This document shows, piece after piece, positions 48,719-62,100 of a DNA stretch of 64,000 bases. Location: the NCBI GenBank assembly GCA_002269645.1, contig NIVC01001462.1, positions 186,001 to 250,000 on the forward strand, read 5' to 3'. The stretch's first letter is position 1; every line of letters begins with the position of its first letter. Source of the DNA: Macrostomum lignano. Taxonomy: Eukaryota. A model generated the notes under the pieces. The model was not told the origin of the DNA and did no database searches. It saw nothing but the letters and a program-made list of their open reading frames with translations. A program made the translations under genes and the position numbers.

Positions 48719-50899
48719 GGCTGATAACTTTTGGTCTTTATTTTCTTGTTCAGCAGAACATAAATTGTACATAAGAAAATTTAGAAGTAACAAATTCTTA
48801 CATAGACTTAGAACTGCGATTCGTGGTGTTACGCCTTACGCCGTTACGGTGAAAACAGTCAAAGCAGAGCTAGAGACGATCAATCAAAACTTACAAGCGT
48901 GAAGTTCGTATATTATTTAGAATACGAACATATATATCGAATATATATCCAAGACATGGAATCTGCAAATAGTTTACAAATGAACTGTCTTTTAAAGACT
49001 GCAGAAATACGGCTGACGAAGAGCACTGCACACAGCTATAAGTTCCTTATTTCCGCGCCTAGCTATTCAGCCGCGAAATCGAAAATCGCCGTTCTAGGAA
49101 TAAGTGTTATTTAAAAACGCGCGCTTAATTTAGTATAACAAATTAAAAGCACGCAAGCAAGCAATCAAGTAAAAGTCTTGATTATTTAGGACAAGATATT
49201 TAAAAGTTTCTTAATGTGAAACTTAATGACTTTAAAGCGCATTTTATCGTGCTAAAACAAGCACCCACTGCACTGGCATATAACCTTAATACTGAAACCA
49301 CTGAAAACTGAACTGAAATCGATTTTTAAAGAATACAATATAATGGAGCTAGGCAATAGTATAGCCTGATTTGGCTTTTTTATAATGTATAATACGTACT
49401 GTAATTGCTTTAAATGGGCATTAGTACCTATTCGACCATTTCCTTAAAGGAATTTTGACCATGCATAAAATTACCATGCATAGGCCTAAAATATGGCTGA
49501 CACTGACATATAAGACAATAAAAAAAGTGCTAGGCCTAACACAACAGACTTAGCAGTCTTAGCTCAGGGTATGGCCTATCTGGGTTTGGCCTGTGTTTGC
49601 ATCAAAAAAATTTAAATAGGCCTAAAATTCTGCAAACTTGAACATATCATTGTATGTAGTGCTCAATGCTGTGCTAGTAGAGTTAAGGTTGAAGTAAGGT
49701 CTATATAATATAGACTAAAAACTAAAATATAAAAATCTTACCTTAGTAAGCCTTGGCTGCTTTGCTGTTTGCTTGGTTTTCTGCCTGAATTATATTCTGG
49801 GCTTATCAGGTTAGGTTGTATATTCTATATTAGTATGTATTTTAATTAGACCTAGGGCCTAGCTAATTTAATTAGGCCTAAGCTAAGCTAAGAAATTGAG
49901 TTGATTGATATATTTACTAGGCCTACTAGGCCTACTAGGCCTAGCCTATAATATAAGCATTAGACTTGGTTGTAAAATCTAGATTCTAGATTTTTATACC
50001 TAGCTTACCTAACCAATTCCTATTTACTAAGACAATTTTTCTTGATTTAATTTGTTCCATTAGGGCCTAGGACTAGGTTGGTTTCATCTTTTCATTTACT
50101 GATTTGGTATAGCCCCTAATTACCCAAATATGACAATGCCACTTTTGTATTCTTTTATACCAATCAAGTTTTTAAGCTAAAATATTTTTTTATCTTTAGT
50201 TTTGACTTATAACATAGCTAATACATAGGGCTACCTATCAAAAATAAAACCAACTGAATCTGAATTTCAACATAGCTATAGTCTAGATCATGCTAGTGCA
50301 TACTTAGTTGCCTACATAGCCACACTCTCAAGTCTAAACTAGTCATAATATTGCAATAATAAATGACTTTTTTGCATTATGACAATAAATGACCTTTTTG
50401 TGCTATATCAAAGACCCTTTTAGCTGATATTATTTATCTTTCTTGCTTATCCTAATTATAACAAAAAACTAGCAATCTTTGCCCCCCCCATAAAGGATAT
50501 CTAGATAGAATCTTTGTTCTTTACAAGTAAAAAATAGACAACAAAAAATCCCAAGACAGCAAACATCCCAGACAACAGCATGTAAATATCTCCTAAATAG
50601 CAAGCATCCCCCAAATAGCAAGCTCCTCCCTAAATACAATAGGCCCTAGCAAAAAGCATCTTCTAGATAGCAAACCCCCTCTCAGATAAAAAGTACCCTC
50701 TATCCCAAGAGCAAGCATCCTCTAATATTAAGTTATCTCATATAGCAAGCATCTTTCCAATAGCAAACATCCCCCTAATAGCAATAATCTATCCTTAAAT
50801 ATCAAGCATCTACCAAGACAACAAGTAGCTAGTGCAATAATATCATTAGCTTTATAGTGGCTCCTTTATGTCAGGCATGAAGCTTCTTTTTACATTTGA

Positions 50900-51520
50900 A
50901 ATGGTGTTTCTTTATGTTTGACATGATGGCTCTTTTATGCTTGACATGGTGGCTCTTTAATTTTTGACATGGAGTCACATATATGTTTGACATGGAGTCA
51001 CATATATGTTTGACATGGAGTCACATATATGTTTGGCATAGAGTCACATATATGTTTGACATTGAGTCACGTATATGTTTGACATGGAATCATGTATATA
51101 TTTTACATGGTGGCTCTTTTATGTTTGACATGGCTCTTTAGTGTTCAACATGGTGGCTCTTTAATGTTTGACATGGTGGCTCTTTAATGTTTGACACAGT
51201 GGCTCTTTTATGCTTGACATGGTGGCTCTTTAATTTTTGACATGGAGTCACATATATGTTATGTTTGACATGGAGTCACATATATGTTTTACATGGTGGC
51301 TCTTTTATGGTTGACATGGTGGCTCTTTATGTTTGACATGGTTGCTCTTTAATGTTCAGCATGGTGTCACTTCAATGTTTACATGGAGTCATGTATATGT
51401 TTGACAAGGTTACTCTTTAATGTCTGACAAGGAGTCACAAATATGTTTGACATGAAGTCATATATATGTCTGACATGGTAGCTCTTTAATGTTTGACATG
51501 GAGTCACATAAATGTTTTAC
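50900..51520. repeat. Degenerate 23-bp minisatellite (tatatgtttgacatggagtcaca)
   Basis: Read directly from the sequence. Confidence 0.85.
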
Positions 51521-53244
51521 ATGGTGGCTTTTTATGTTTGTAATTGTAATTGTAAAATCAATTGGCAATTAGTGACTAACAATAAAAGTGTTGTAGAACT
51601 TGCAGCATGATAATTGATAAATAAATAATATAATTTTAATGATAATTAGTAATTACCAACTCATTATAAAGTATATATATATATGGTGAAGGCTATTTTT
51701 TATCTAAAAACTTGTTTTAAGAAAGAAAATATGTTTTTTCACCCTTGTTGACCAAAAAATGAAGTATTTATCATTTCTTTCTATAAAAATTACATCACTA
51801 TTTCATTCATTTTAAAGAAATTTTGATTGTTTGCATGTTCAAAATTTCAAAAGTATTGGACTATTGATAAAATTTGAAAATTTTATCAAAAGTTACCAAA
51901 GTCTAATATTGTCAAAAAAGTATTGGCTTCTAATACTCCGATACCCAAAATGTATTGCCAATAGTATTGGAGTATCAGAGTATCGGAATTATGCCCAAAA
52001 CTGACAATAATCCATGTCTCAGCTAGTGCAATAATATTAGTACTAATGAATATATAGCTTTCCATTTTTGAGATTTGGGTTCCTTGAATTAAAGATTAAC
52101 AATTGGAACTCTATGAGTATAAGTTCTAGTTCTAAGGATCTTGGTTTAGGATAACAAAGTTTAAGGTATTTTTTATTCATTTTATTTAATTTTTATTTGA
52201 GTCACTATGGTAATTATCCTATATAATTTTAGCTACTTGGTTATTAACAAGTTAACTATTTTTAAGTATGGTCTTTTGTTAAAAAGGTGAATTGATTATT
52301 AAAATTGCCTTGGAATTTTGAGTTTAATTTATCTCAAAATTGTGTAGACTAATTAAGAAGCCCAATAAACTAATGATATATAAAGTCTTTTGTGATTTTT
52401 CAACATAGCTACAACCACACCAGACATTCTTTATTATTGCTTTTGTTGTGCTATGTGGAACAGTGGGCATGCAAAAAGGAATGGCCCATTAGAGTTCTAT
52501 GGTCAAGTGTTTAAATTAACTTGAGAAAACAAGCCATAGACATCTCAATTGGTCATGCTATATGGAACAATGAGCCAGAATAAAAGGAATGGTTTGAGTT
52601 TTTCTACAATGACAACAAGACGCTTTCATTTTCTATTGGTTAGTCAAGTTAAGCTATATGTAGCTTGTATAATAGGTCCACAAATATCTATACGCAATGG
52701 ATGACATATCGCTGCCACCTTGCCCTTCAAGGAAATTCAAAAAAGGCATATGAGTTTTTTTATTAAGAGTATAAAATTCTTTTGTTCACCGCATTTGGTC
52801 AACATTTGTACAGGCCAGCAGGTTAGAAGCTGTCACTTAGCTGATTACTGCCATCAACTGGACCCTAATGGAAACTGAGCAATTTTGATGGATGGCTTGA
52901 GTTTTCACTGTAGCATATGGCGATCCCAGATCAGAACATCAGAACAGAATTTCAACATGAATCCTGATGGAGTGACACTTGAGCAGTGGAGATTCATGTT
53001 ATTTGAGTGAGAGGCGGCTGAAGCTGTTGGCCAAGCAATCACTGCTGACAGTGTGCTGGCTAGGAGCTGCACTGCAACCAATATTGTGTTGTATCCCCCT
53101 TCCTCGCTGGCACGGCCGGGTTGGGCGACGGGTAGCGGTGTCGGGGTTCGGGTACTAGACTGCCCAGGGCTTACGAGCTCGATCGGCGACCCCGAGGCGT
53201 ACGGACACTTCGGGGGGAGGTCAAGGTTGAGAAGTCGAGAGAGA

Positions 53245-53450
53245 GGGGAGGGGCGGCTGTGGGCGGGCGGCCACTCGACAGCCTGGTGAGTCAAGGAAGA
53301 GAGAGAGGGCTGCGGGCGGTCGGCCACTCGACAGCCTGGTGAATCAAGGAAAAGAGAGAGGGCTGTGGGCGGGCGGCCACTCGACAGCCTGGTGAGTCAA
53401 GGAAGAGAGAGAGGGCTGCGGGCGGTCGGCCACTTGACAGCCTGGTGAGT
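53245..53450. repeat. About 4 x 54-bp tandem repeat (ggcggccactcgacagcctggtgagtcaaggaagagagagagggctg)
   Basis: Read directly; lies in a GC-rich insert. Confidence 0.8.
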
Positions 53451-54735
53451 CAGACTGAGGAGAGAGTGAGAGAGAGAGAGATCAGGAGAGTGACCCCAAG
53501 GAACACAGGCAATTGTCTCGACAGCTTACCGGGCCGGGTCGATTATAGCACTCATACACGGGAAGGCCGATCAATTGCAATAAATTGAGTCTTCGCAGTA
53601 AGAGACCATCTTTATGGTTGATCGCTGGTCACGTTCGTTTATTTATCGCAGTGGGCGCAAATGGGCGCAGGCATGGTGAGAAAAGGGGCGGGGTCTGAGC
53701 GTCGCCTTAAATAACGAGTAAAAAGGGGCAGGGGCGCAAACAAGGGGGGGGGGAGAAAGGGCTTAAACAATGGAGCTGATTGACAGCTGATTGGCTGCGG
53801 CGAGGGGAGGGTGGAAGCGCGCACGGCCAGGGAGAGGGAGAGAGAGCAGAGGCCCAGCCAATCAGCACGGCTAGCCAAAGGGCTAAACAGCCAAGGCGAG
53901 AGAGAGAGAGAGAGAAAGAGAGCAGAGGCTCAGCCAAAGGGCTCATAGCTCCAGACTGGCTTGAGCCGGGGGGGGGGTAACAATAATCAACTACCAAAGT
54001 CAACAACTATCAAAGTGCACTTGCACCAAGGGAGCACTGTGACACAGGTCACAACAATTGCTTGAACCGTGTTTGTAGCAACATCTGTTTTACTTGTAAG
54101 AGTTGACTTTTTAAAGTTTTGATGATTTTAATTTGTGACAAAATAGGTTTTATTTATATTAGTTTTTATTCTTTTTATAAATAAAACTCAAATTGTTCTT
54201 TCTATTCTGGCTCATTATTCCATATAGCATGACAAATTGAGTTGTCTGTGGCTTGCTTTCTCAAGTTAATTCAATTGCTTAACCATAGAATTCTATAGGC
54301 CGTTCCATTTTGCATGTCCCCTGTTCCACATAGCACGACAAAAGCAATATTACTTCTGTTAAGTAGTATAAAATGTATGTGCATGTAGTATGCATAGGCA
54401 AAGTACACTATTTTATTGCCTATTTTGACAAGTTGTCTTTTTAAAAACTTTCGAAGCTTTTATTCAGTCACCATAAACTGGCCCAGTGGCTCCCGAAAGT
54501 CAATTAGACCATACTAGCCTTGTTTTAAGACAGAACTGACTCAATAAAACTCAACAGTATTAAAATCTTGTCTGGTAGAAATCGCGTGCAGAAATACTTT
54601 TGAAACAAAAATATCTGTAGAAGAGAGACACATGAACTTCAGTCAATACACCAAACTGTATATAGTATATTTGATAACAATTTTCGATTTTTTCCTGCAG
54701 TTAGTATAGCAGACAGTTCAGTAACAATAGACTGT

Positions 54736-55074
54736 CTAAAGGCTTGTGTTGCCACGTTTCAATAGCAGTCCTTGACGAGCCAGCTTGTCGCGAGTTGAAG
54801 CTGTCATGGCAAGCCAGTCGTCTGCTGTAGGACTGACGCAGCGTATCTGACGGTATTCTAGTCGAAGATAGATTATTTCTGTGTCGATTCTTCGTCTAGC
54901 TTCGAGCTTGCGCCGATTAATCAAGTCCAGTTGGTGCTGAAACGAATGCTGAATCACTTCGCGAACTTTACCGGCCGCTGTTAGTTCGCGCCTGCTCCAT
55001 CCGTTAAAGCTGTTACTGCCGCCGCCTCGTTTAGCAGCCATTGCTTCCCAATGCTTCACTGGAATGCTTGACAT
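54736..55074 (-). CDS. Small single-exon ORF (112 aa), basic/helical, unknown function
   Basis: GC-elevated ORF in AT-rich surroundings, divergent from the NEK gene. No homology recognised. Confidence 0.4.
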   Translation of the reverse strand: MSSIPVKHWEAMAAKRGGGSNSFNGWSRRELTAAGKVREVIQHSFQHQLDLINRRKLEARRRIDTEIIYLRLEYRQIRCVSPTADDWLAMTASTRDKLARQGLLLKRGNTSL

Positions 55075-55572
55075 GCTTAACCTGTTTCCTTGACAATAGC
55101 CGGCGTTTTGGGTGATAGAGCAGAAGTATAGAGATTCGGGTTTGAGTCTAAGCTGCATACTAATAAGCCGTATAAATATGGAATGCTCAATGCAGCCCGT
55201 TCCCATGCCAAACCGGGATGAGTGGTAAATTTTGAATTGAACCGTTAGTCATTGGCTGCTGCTGAGCTGTACTTTCTCTTACAGAGAGTAGAAACGAAGG
55301 GTATCTTGAGAGACAGATACAATGACAATGTCACTGGAATAGGAACTGCATCAAGTCAGAATTTGCATTCGTCAGGAATTTAGTATCGTGAATAAATACT
55401 CCAATCCAATAGCTGGGGACGAAATCAAAGGTGTGCAAAACCAATAGGCAAATTTGGAATACGGAAAGTGAGTTGCAGGTACGGAGTGACAAACAGACTC
55501 TAGCTGCAAGATAATGGCAGATTGGAAATCGACTAGAATATGCCTAGCTCACAGATGAAACTGAGGCTACAT

Positions 55573-55728
55573 GCGCAACCTTGGGATTCACCCGGCCGTT
55601 TCTATTGGCAACACACACATGTAAGTCGCTATTGGCTGAGAGCAGTCACGTGACTACTATTCCGTCCAATAGCGACTTACATGTGTGTGTTGCCAATAGA
55701 AACGGCCGGGTGAATCCCTAGGTTGCGC
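55573..55728. repeat. Near-perfect palindrome (63-bp arms, 1 mismatch), foldback MITE-like
   Basis: The arm gcgcaacct(t/a)gggattcacccggccgtttctattggcaacacacacatgtaagtcgctattgg is repeated in inverted orientation. The loop contains gtcacgtgac. Confidence 0.9.
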
Positions 55729-56162
55729 CCAAGCATGGGACTCGATGCGATCTAATCTGACAATAGTGTACAAGTGCCCATTTAAAAGATAAGAAAGATT
55801 GGCAGGTATCGTCGTTTAATCTTCGAACTTTGAGTTTAAACCAAGAACAGGTCACAGAGGAAAAGCTTTATGCTTCTTGGGGTCCATGACATTTCGTCCA
55901 ACGGATACCTTTGACCGAAAGGTTGAGGTGCAAGAAAGTAAACTTTCTCCAAATAAAGTTTTACTCAAAGCTTGACTCGTTTTAAACTAGATTGTCAAAC
56001 AATGGAATTATTTTTGCAGAAAGTAGACAATTTTTAATTGTTTGAAGCGTTTGAATTAAGAAAAAAACGTCCAAATCTTGTTCATGCTAAGCAACAGGTA
56101 TATTCGAAGGTAGCCCTCGTCATCTAGAATAAAGTAATTTTTGTGGAGTCAGTCATCAGAAG

Positions 56163-59100
56163 ATGTCCTGTCCATCAGCCTACGAATTTATTCGACGCAT
56201 AGGCAAAGGCGCTTTCGGCAATGCCACACTAATTCGACGAAAATCAGATGGCTGTCAATGTGTTTTAAAAGAGATTTTGCTTAGCACTCTCAAAGACAAG
56301 CGCGAACAGAACTGGGCCCGCCAGGAGGTGCAATTGTTGCGCTCGTTTGAGCATCCCGGTATCGTTCGCTATTTTGATTCGTTTGTTCTGCCCACCTCAC
56401 TGTGCATCGTTATGGAGTTTTGCGACGGCGGAGACTTGTGCGATCGAATTGACAATCAAAAAATGCCTTTTGCCGAAGAGTTAATAATGGATTGGTTTGC
56501 TCAGCTCTGTCTGGCCTTGAAGTATATTCACGATAGGAGAATTATTCATAGGTATGCGATGCTAATGAATATAAGCGCTCTGTATTTAATGCATAGATAC
56601 TATCTCTGAAGATATGTATATGCGACACAAAGGAGAGATTACGTTATTCCATCAGTCCATCGAAGGACCAGAGGGATTGTCAGCAGCCTATCGAAGGACC
56701 AGAGGGGGTTGTCAGTGGCCTATCGAAGGACCTGAGGGGTTGTCAGCAGCCTATCGAAGGACCTGAGGGGGTTGTCAGTGGCCTATCGAAGGACCAGAGG
56801 GGGTTGTCAGCAGCCTATCGAAGGACCTGAGGGGTTGTCAGTGGCCTATCGAAGGACCAGAGGGGGTTGTCAGCAGCCTATCGAAGGACCAGAGGGGGTT
56901 GTCAGAAGCCAATCGAAGGACCAGAAGGGGTTGTCAGAAGCCTATCGAAGGACCTGAGGGTTTGTCAGTGGCCTATCGAAGGACCAGAAGGGGTTGTCAG
57001 AAGCCTATCGAAGGACCTGAGGGTTTGTCAGTGGCCTATCGAAGGACCAGAAGGGGTTGTCAGAAGCCTATCGAAGGACCTGAGGGTTTGTCAGTGGCCT
57101 ATCGAAGGACCTGAGGGGTTGTCAGTGGCCTGTCGAAGGACCTGAGGGGTTGTCAGCAGCCTATTGAAGGACCAGAGGGGTTGTCAGAAGCCTATCGAAG
57201 GACCAGAAGGGGTTGTCAGAAGCCTATCGAAGGACCTGAGGGTTTGTCAGTGGCCTATCGAAGGACCTGAGGGGTTGTCAGTGGCCTATCGAAGGACCAA
57301 AAGGGGTTGTCAGTGGCCTATCGAAGGACCTGAGGGTTTGTCAGTGGCCTATCGAAGGACCTGAGGGGTTGTAAGTGGCCTATCGAAGGACCTGAGGGGT
57401 TGTCAGCAGCCTATCAAAGGACCAGAGGGGGTTCCCAGCGGCCTATCGAAGGACCAGAAGGGGTTGTCAGAAGCCTATCGAAGGACCAGAGGGGGCTGTT
57501 AGCAGCCTATCGAAGGACCTGAGGGGTTGTCAGCAGCCTATCGAAGGACCAGAGGGGGTCGTCATCGGATTTTTTAAGAGTTAGAGACATAAACTTATAG
57601 TGTATAACTATTTTACGAGTAAAATGACTATTAAAGTCAATGATAAACTTAACACTAATCTATCAACAGGGACATCAAACCGAAGAACATATTCCTAATG
57701 CGCAATGGAAAAGTTATTAAGCTTGGCGATTTTGGCGTTGCAAAAACTCTGGATTTTACTCAGCAACTTGCCGTAACAGGCATTGGCACGGCTAATTATT
57801 TGAGTCCTGAGATTGTGAAGGGAGAGGCCTACAATAACAAGACTGATATCTGGTCCATGGGCTGCGTCCTGTACGAGTTGCTGGCTCTGAGAATTGCATT
57901 CTGTGCCAGAAATGTCAAGACGCTCTACATGAATATTAAATTGGGAGCATTGTCGCCTTTGCCAACAAGATACAGTGCGGAATTGCGCGCGATCTGCACC
58001 GCTATGCTGAGGAAGAATCCCAAGTGAGTGAAATACGTTTAAGTTCATTTTTTGCTACTGACAGTAGCATAATTTATTGCTGTCCTTAACTTGTCTCCAT
58101 TTGTGATGACATACACGCATTTTATATGTAGACTGTGTGTACAGTTTCTGTACTGCAGGAAAGTCCACGGAAATTCCATGGAGCTCAAAAGACCAACTTA
58201 AGCGCCTCTGTGTGTACATGTACATGTACACAGTAATTAAACTTGCTCTAAATAACTTTCACTTGTTTTTTCTAATTGCAGAGATCGTCCAGGAGTTGGA
58301 GCTCTGCTAAAGAGAGACTGCTTGCGCCCGGCACTGCTCAAGACAGTGTCCATAGATGTGAGATGGTTATTGGGATTAGTATGAATTTGGGATGTGATTT
58401 TTGTGATCAGTATAGATTTGGATTATTGGGATCAATATAGGTTTTGGGATTTTTGGGATCAGTACATATTTGGGATTATTGGGGTCAGTATAGATTTGGG
58501 ATTATTGGGATCATTAGGGTCAGTATTTATTTGGAATTATTACGGTCAGTATAAATTTGGGATTATTGGGATCAGTACAGATTTGGGATTTTTGGGATCA
58601 GTATAGATTTGGGATTATTGGGATCAGTACAGATTTGGATTATTGGGATCAGTATGGATTTGGATTATTGGGATCAGTACAGATTTGGATTATTGGGATC
58701 AGTATGGATTTGGATTATTGGGATCAGTACGGATTTGGATTTTTAGGATCAGTACGGATTTGGATTTTTAGGATCAGTACGGATTTGGATTATTGGGATC
58801 AGTACAGATTTGGATTATTGGGATCAGTATGGATTTGGATTATTGGGATCAGTACAGATTTGGATTATTGGGATCAGTATGGATTTGGATTATTGGGATC
58901 AGTACAGATTTGGATTATTGGGATCAGTATGGATTTGGATTATTGGGATCAGTACAGATTTGGATTATTGGGATCAGTATGGATTTGGATTATTGGGATC
59001 AGTACGGATTTGGATTTTTAGGATCAGTACGGATTTGGATTATTGGGATCAGTACGGATTTGGATTTTTAGGATCAGTACGGATTTGGATTATTGGGATC

Positions 59101-62100
59101 AGTACAGATTTGGACTATTGGGATCAGTATGGATTTGGATTATTGGGATCAGTATAAGATCAGGGATTAGTAAAGATTTAGGATCATTGGAAATATTGCA
59201 TTCGTCATTGCTTCTCCAGGAGCTCGCCCAGCTTCAGCTGAAACCGGCGCCTCAAGCTTCGCCTTCGCCGTCGCCGTCGCCTTCGCCGTCGCCTTCGCCG
59301 TCGCCTTCGCCGTCTCCTTCGCCGAGACCAAAGACTCCAATAGCCGCCGGTGGTGCCGCCCAGAAGCGAGTGCTGCCAATCAATGTTGGCAACAACAATC
59401 GCAAATCTTCGGCGGCTTCCCGAGCTGTCAATAATAGCCGAGTTGCCGGTGCCGCCTCGCCCAGGCCGGGCACACCTGGCCGGGTGCAAACCCCAGGTCG
59501 CGTCGGTGTCGGCGGCGCCAGAGGTCCAACGGCGCAGTCCCGACAAAACGACGCCCGTCGCCGAGAAGCGGAACGCGCCGCCGCCATTCGCAAAGCCTAC
59601 GAGGTGAAGAAGCGACCGTCCCCGGCGGCCAGCCCATTGTTGAAGCAGCAGCGCAGCAAGGCCGTGCAGAACAAAGACATGGAGCGTCTGTCTAAAAAGC
59701 GCCAAGAATTGGAGGAGAAGCGGCAGCACACTTATCGGCAAGAGGGCTGGGTTAATGTGCTGTCGCCTCGGTCGCCGGCCGAGCCGACGCCCCAGCAACG
59801 GTTGCAGCAGAAGCAGCAAAAACCTGCTGCAGCAGCGGCCGCCGTTTCTGCCGCTGGAGAGGCCGCCGTGGCTGGTCGCAACGCCGCAGCCGCTGGTCGC
59901 CAGGCGGCTAATCAAGCCCAGAAACTGCTGGACAATTTCTGGGAGAGAAAAAAGCAGCAGAAGGCTGGCGGCGGCGCGGCTGCTGGTAATGTTGCCGCGG
60001 CCGCTGCTGAGGTGGCGGAGGCTACTCGTGAGTCAGCGTTCTGCTGTTTCTACTGTTAGAACTTTAGGTACTTTAAGGTACTCTAGGGTGCTCAGTGCCA
60101 AGCATTCTGGGGGGGGAGATGGTTGGCGGTGCCAGTATTCTAGTGGTGGGGTAAGCGGTGCCAGTATTCTAGTGGTAGGGTAAGCGGTGCCAGTATTCTA
60201 GTGGTAGGGTAAGCGGTGCCAGTATTCTAGGGGTGGGTAAGCGGTGCCAGTATTCTAGGGGTGGGTAAGCGGTGCCATATTCTAGGGGTGGGTAAGCGGT
60301 GCCATATTCTAGGTGTGGGTAAGCGGTGCCAGTATTCTAGTGGTAGGGTAAGCGGTGCCAGTATTCTAGGGGTGGGTAAGCGGTGCCAGTATTCTAGGGG
60401 TGGGTAAGCGGTGCCATATTCTAGGGGTGGGTAAGCGGTGCCATATTCTAGGGGTGGGTAAGCGGTGCCATATTCTAGGGGTGGGTAAGCGGTGCCATAT
60501 TCTAGGGGTGGGTAAGCGGTGCCATATTCTAGGGGTGGGTAAGCGGTGCCATATTCTAGGGGTGGGTAAGCGGTGCCAGTATTCTAGGGGTGGGTAAGCG
60601 GTGCCATATTCTAGGGGTGGGTAAGCGGTGCCATATTCTAGGGGTGGGTAAGCGGTGCCATATTCTAGGGGTGGGTAAGCGGTGCCATATTCTAGGGGTG
60701 GGTAAGCGGTGCCATATTCTAGGGGTGGGTAAGCGGTGCCAGTATTCTAGGGAGGGGTAAAACGGTGCCAGTATTCTAGGGGTGGATAAGCGGTGCCAGT
60801 ATTCTAGGGGTGGATAAGCGGTGCCAGTATTATATATCATTTTGATAATAACCCAATATTTTCAATCGATCGAATCAATTTAGCTCGCAAGCCAGCAGCA
60901 GCCAATAAGCCACCGCCGCCGCCGCCTCCGCCGCCGCTGTCGCAGGTGCTGCAGGAGGTGCAAGGCCCCATACAGAAAGTGAAGCTTCAGCCGCAATCGA
61001 ACGATAGTAGTACCAATAGTAATGATGAAGCTAAATCTGCAGCTTCAACTACGAATTGTTCGGCAGACGAGAGGCGTCTGCGTAAGGAGCTCATAGCTGG
61101 CAAGCGAGCAGCCGCCGCCGCTAACGCTTGGGAAGGCCGGGTAATGAACGCGAAGCACCTGGAACAGTTGCCGTTGCAGCCGGACTCGGCAACTCTGCCG
61201 CCTAGCGACACGTTGATTGTGGCCGAGGAACTGCCGTCTCCCACTGGGAATAATGGTGACGATAAGCCGTTAACTGTGGCCGCTCGTCGCGAGGCCTGGG
61301 AGAATAAGAAACCGGGATCTACTCTGCTGCGCCGCCTGGGCAATGCTCCTCTGTTGGCTGGAACTGCCGAGTTCGATGGTGAGTTTTCGCCAGCAATACC
61401 GACATTAATTGTCGACATAATTTGATTACTGTCGGTAATGCGCGGCACATCTGAAGGCTGCGTACGGCTGTTCAGTCCATGGACTGGGGGGTCGCCACAA
61501 TGCAAAGTTTAGTGCAGTGCAATGCAGGTTAGAGCGTCGGACTCACGACTAAAAGGTCGGGGTTCGATTCTCAACCTACTAAAACAATTTGTGTCCTTGA
61601 GCAAGACACTTAACTCTGCATTGCTTCAGTTCACCCAGCTGTAAAATGGGTGCCAGCATTATCTGGGGTAATTGAGGGCGTACGTGGTGATCCCACCCCC
61701 CAGTCCTTGGACTGAACAGCCGCACGCAGCCTTCAGATGCGCCGCGCAATAGCTGCGACTTAGCTGTCGGTTGCACATCTGGTCATGTATGGATGTACAC
61801 AGCCTCCGATTTTTAAATCCGGCTTTTCAAGCTTCCAGATGCTTCCAAATCCCCCATGCTGTTGATGATTTTATTTGGCTCACGATACCCACCCTACATT
61901 CCCGTACACAGCCGCCGATCAGCAGGAGCGGGAGGTGCGCCAGAGCATGTTTGAGACGCTGAAGCAGCTTGAGCTGGAGGATGATGACGCCAATGAGCTG
62001 CTGGGCTCTCTGGTTGCCGAAGGCCCAGCCGCTCTGGACAATGCAGCAGACGCCGCGGCTAATAGGCGCAAGCCCACCCCGGAGGAGCTGTGGGAAGTGA

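Noticed and set aside
50827-52037. 17-bp direct repeat agctagtgcaataatat as a retrotransposon TSD
   Set aside because: The enclosed 1.2 kb has no poly(A) tail or coding remnant, only minisatellite and AT-rich DNA.
53085-53982. Possible solo LTR (TGT...ACA-like ends, AATAAA)
   Set aside because: No matching 4-6-bp target duplication and no convincing PBS or PPT.
56655-60832. Repeat arrays as CRISPR arrays or repeat proteins
   Set aside because: Head-to-tail units with no unique spacers, no cas genes, and located inside spliceosomal introns of a kinase gene.
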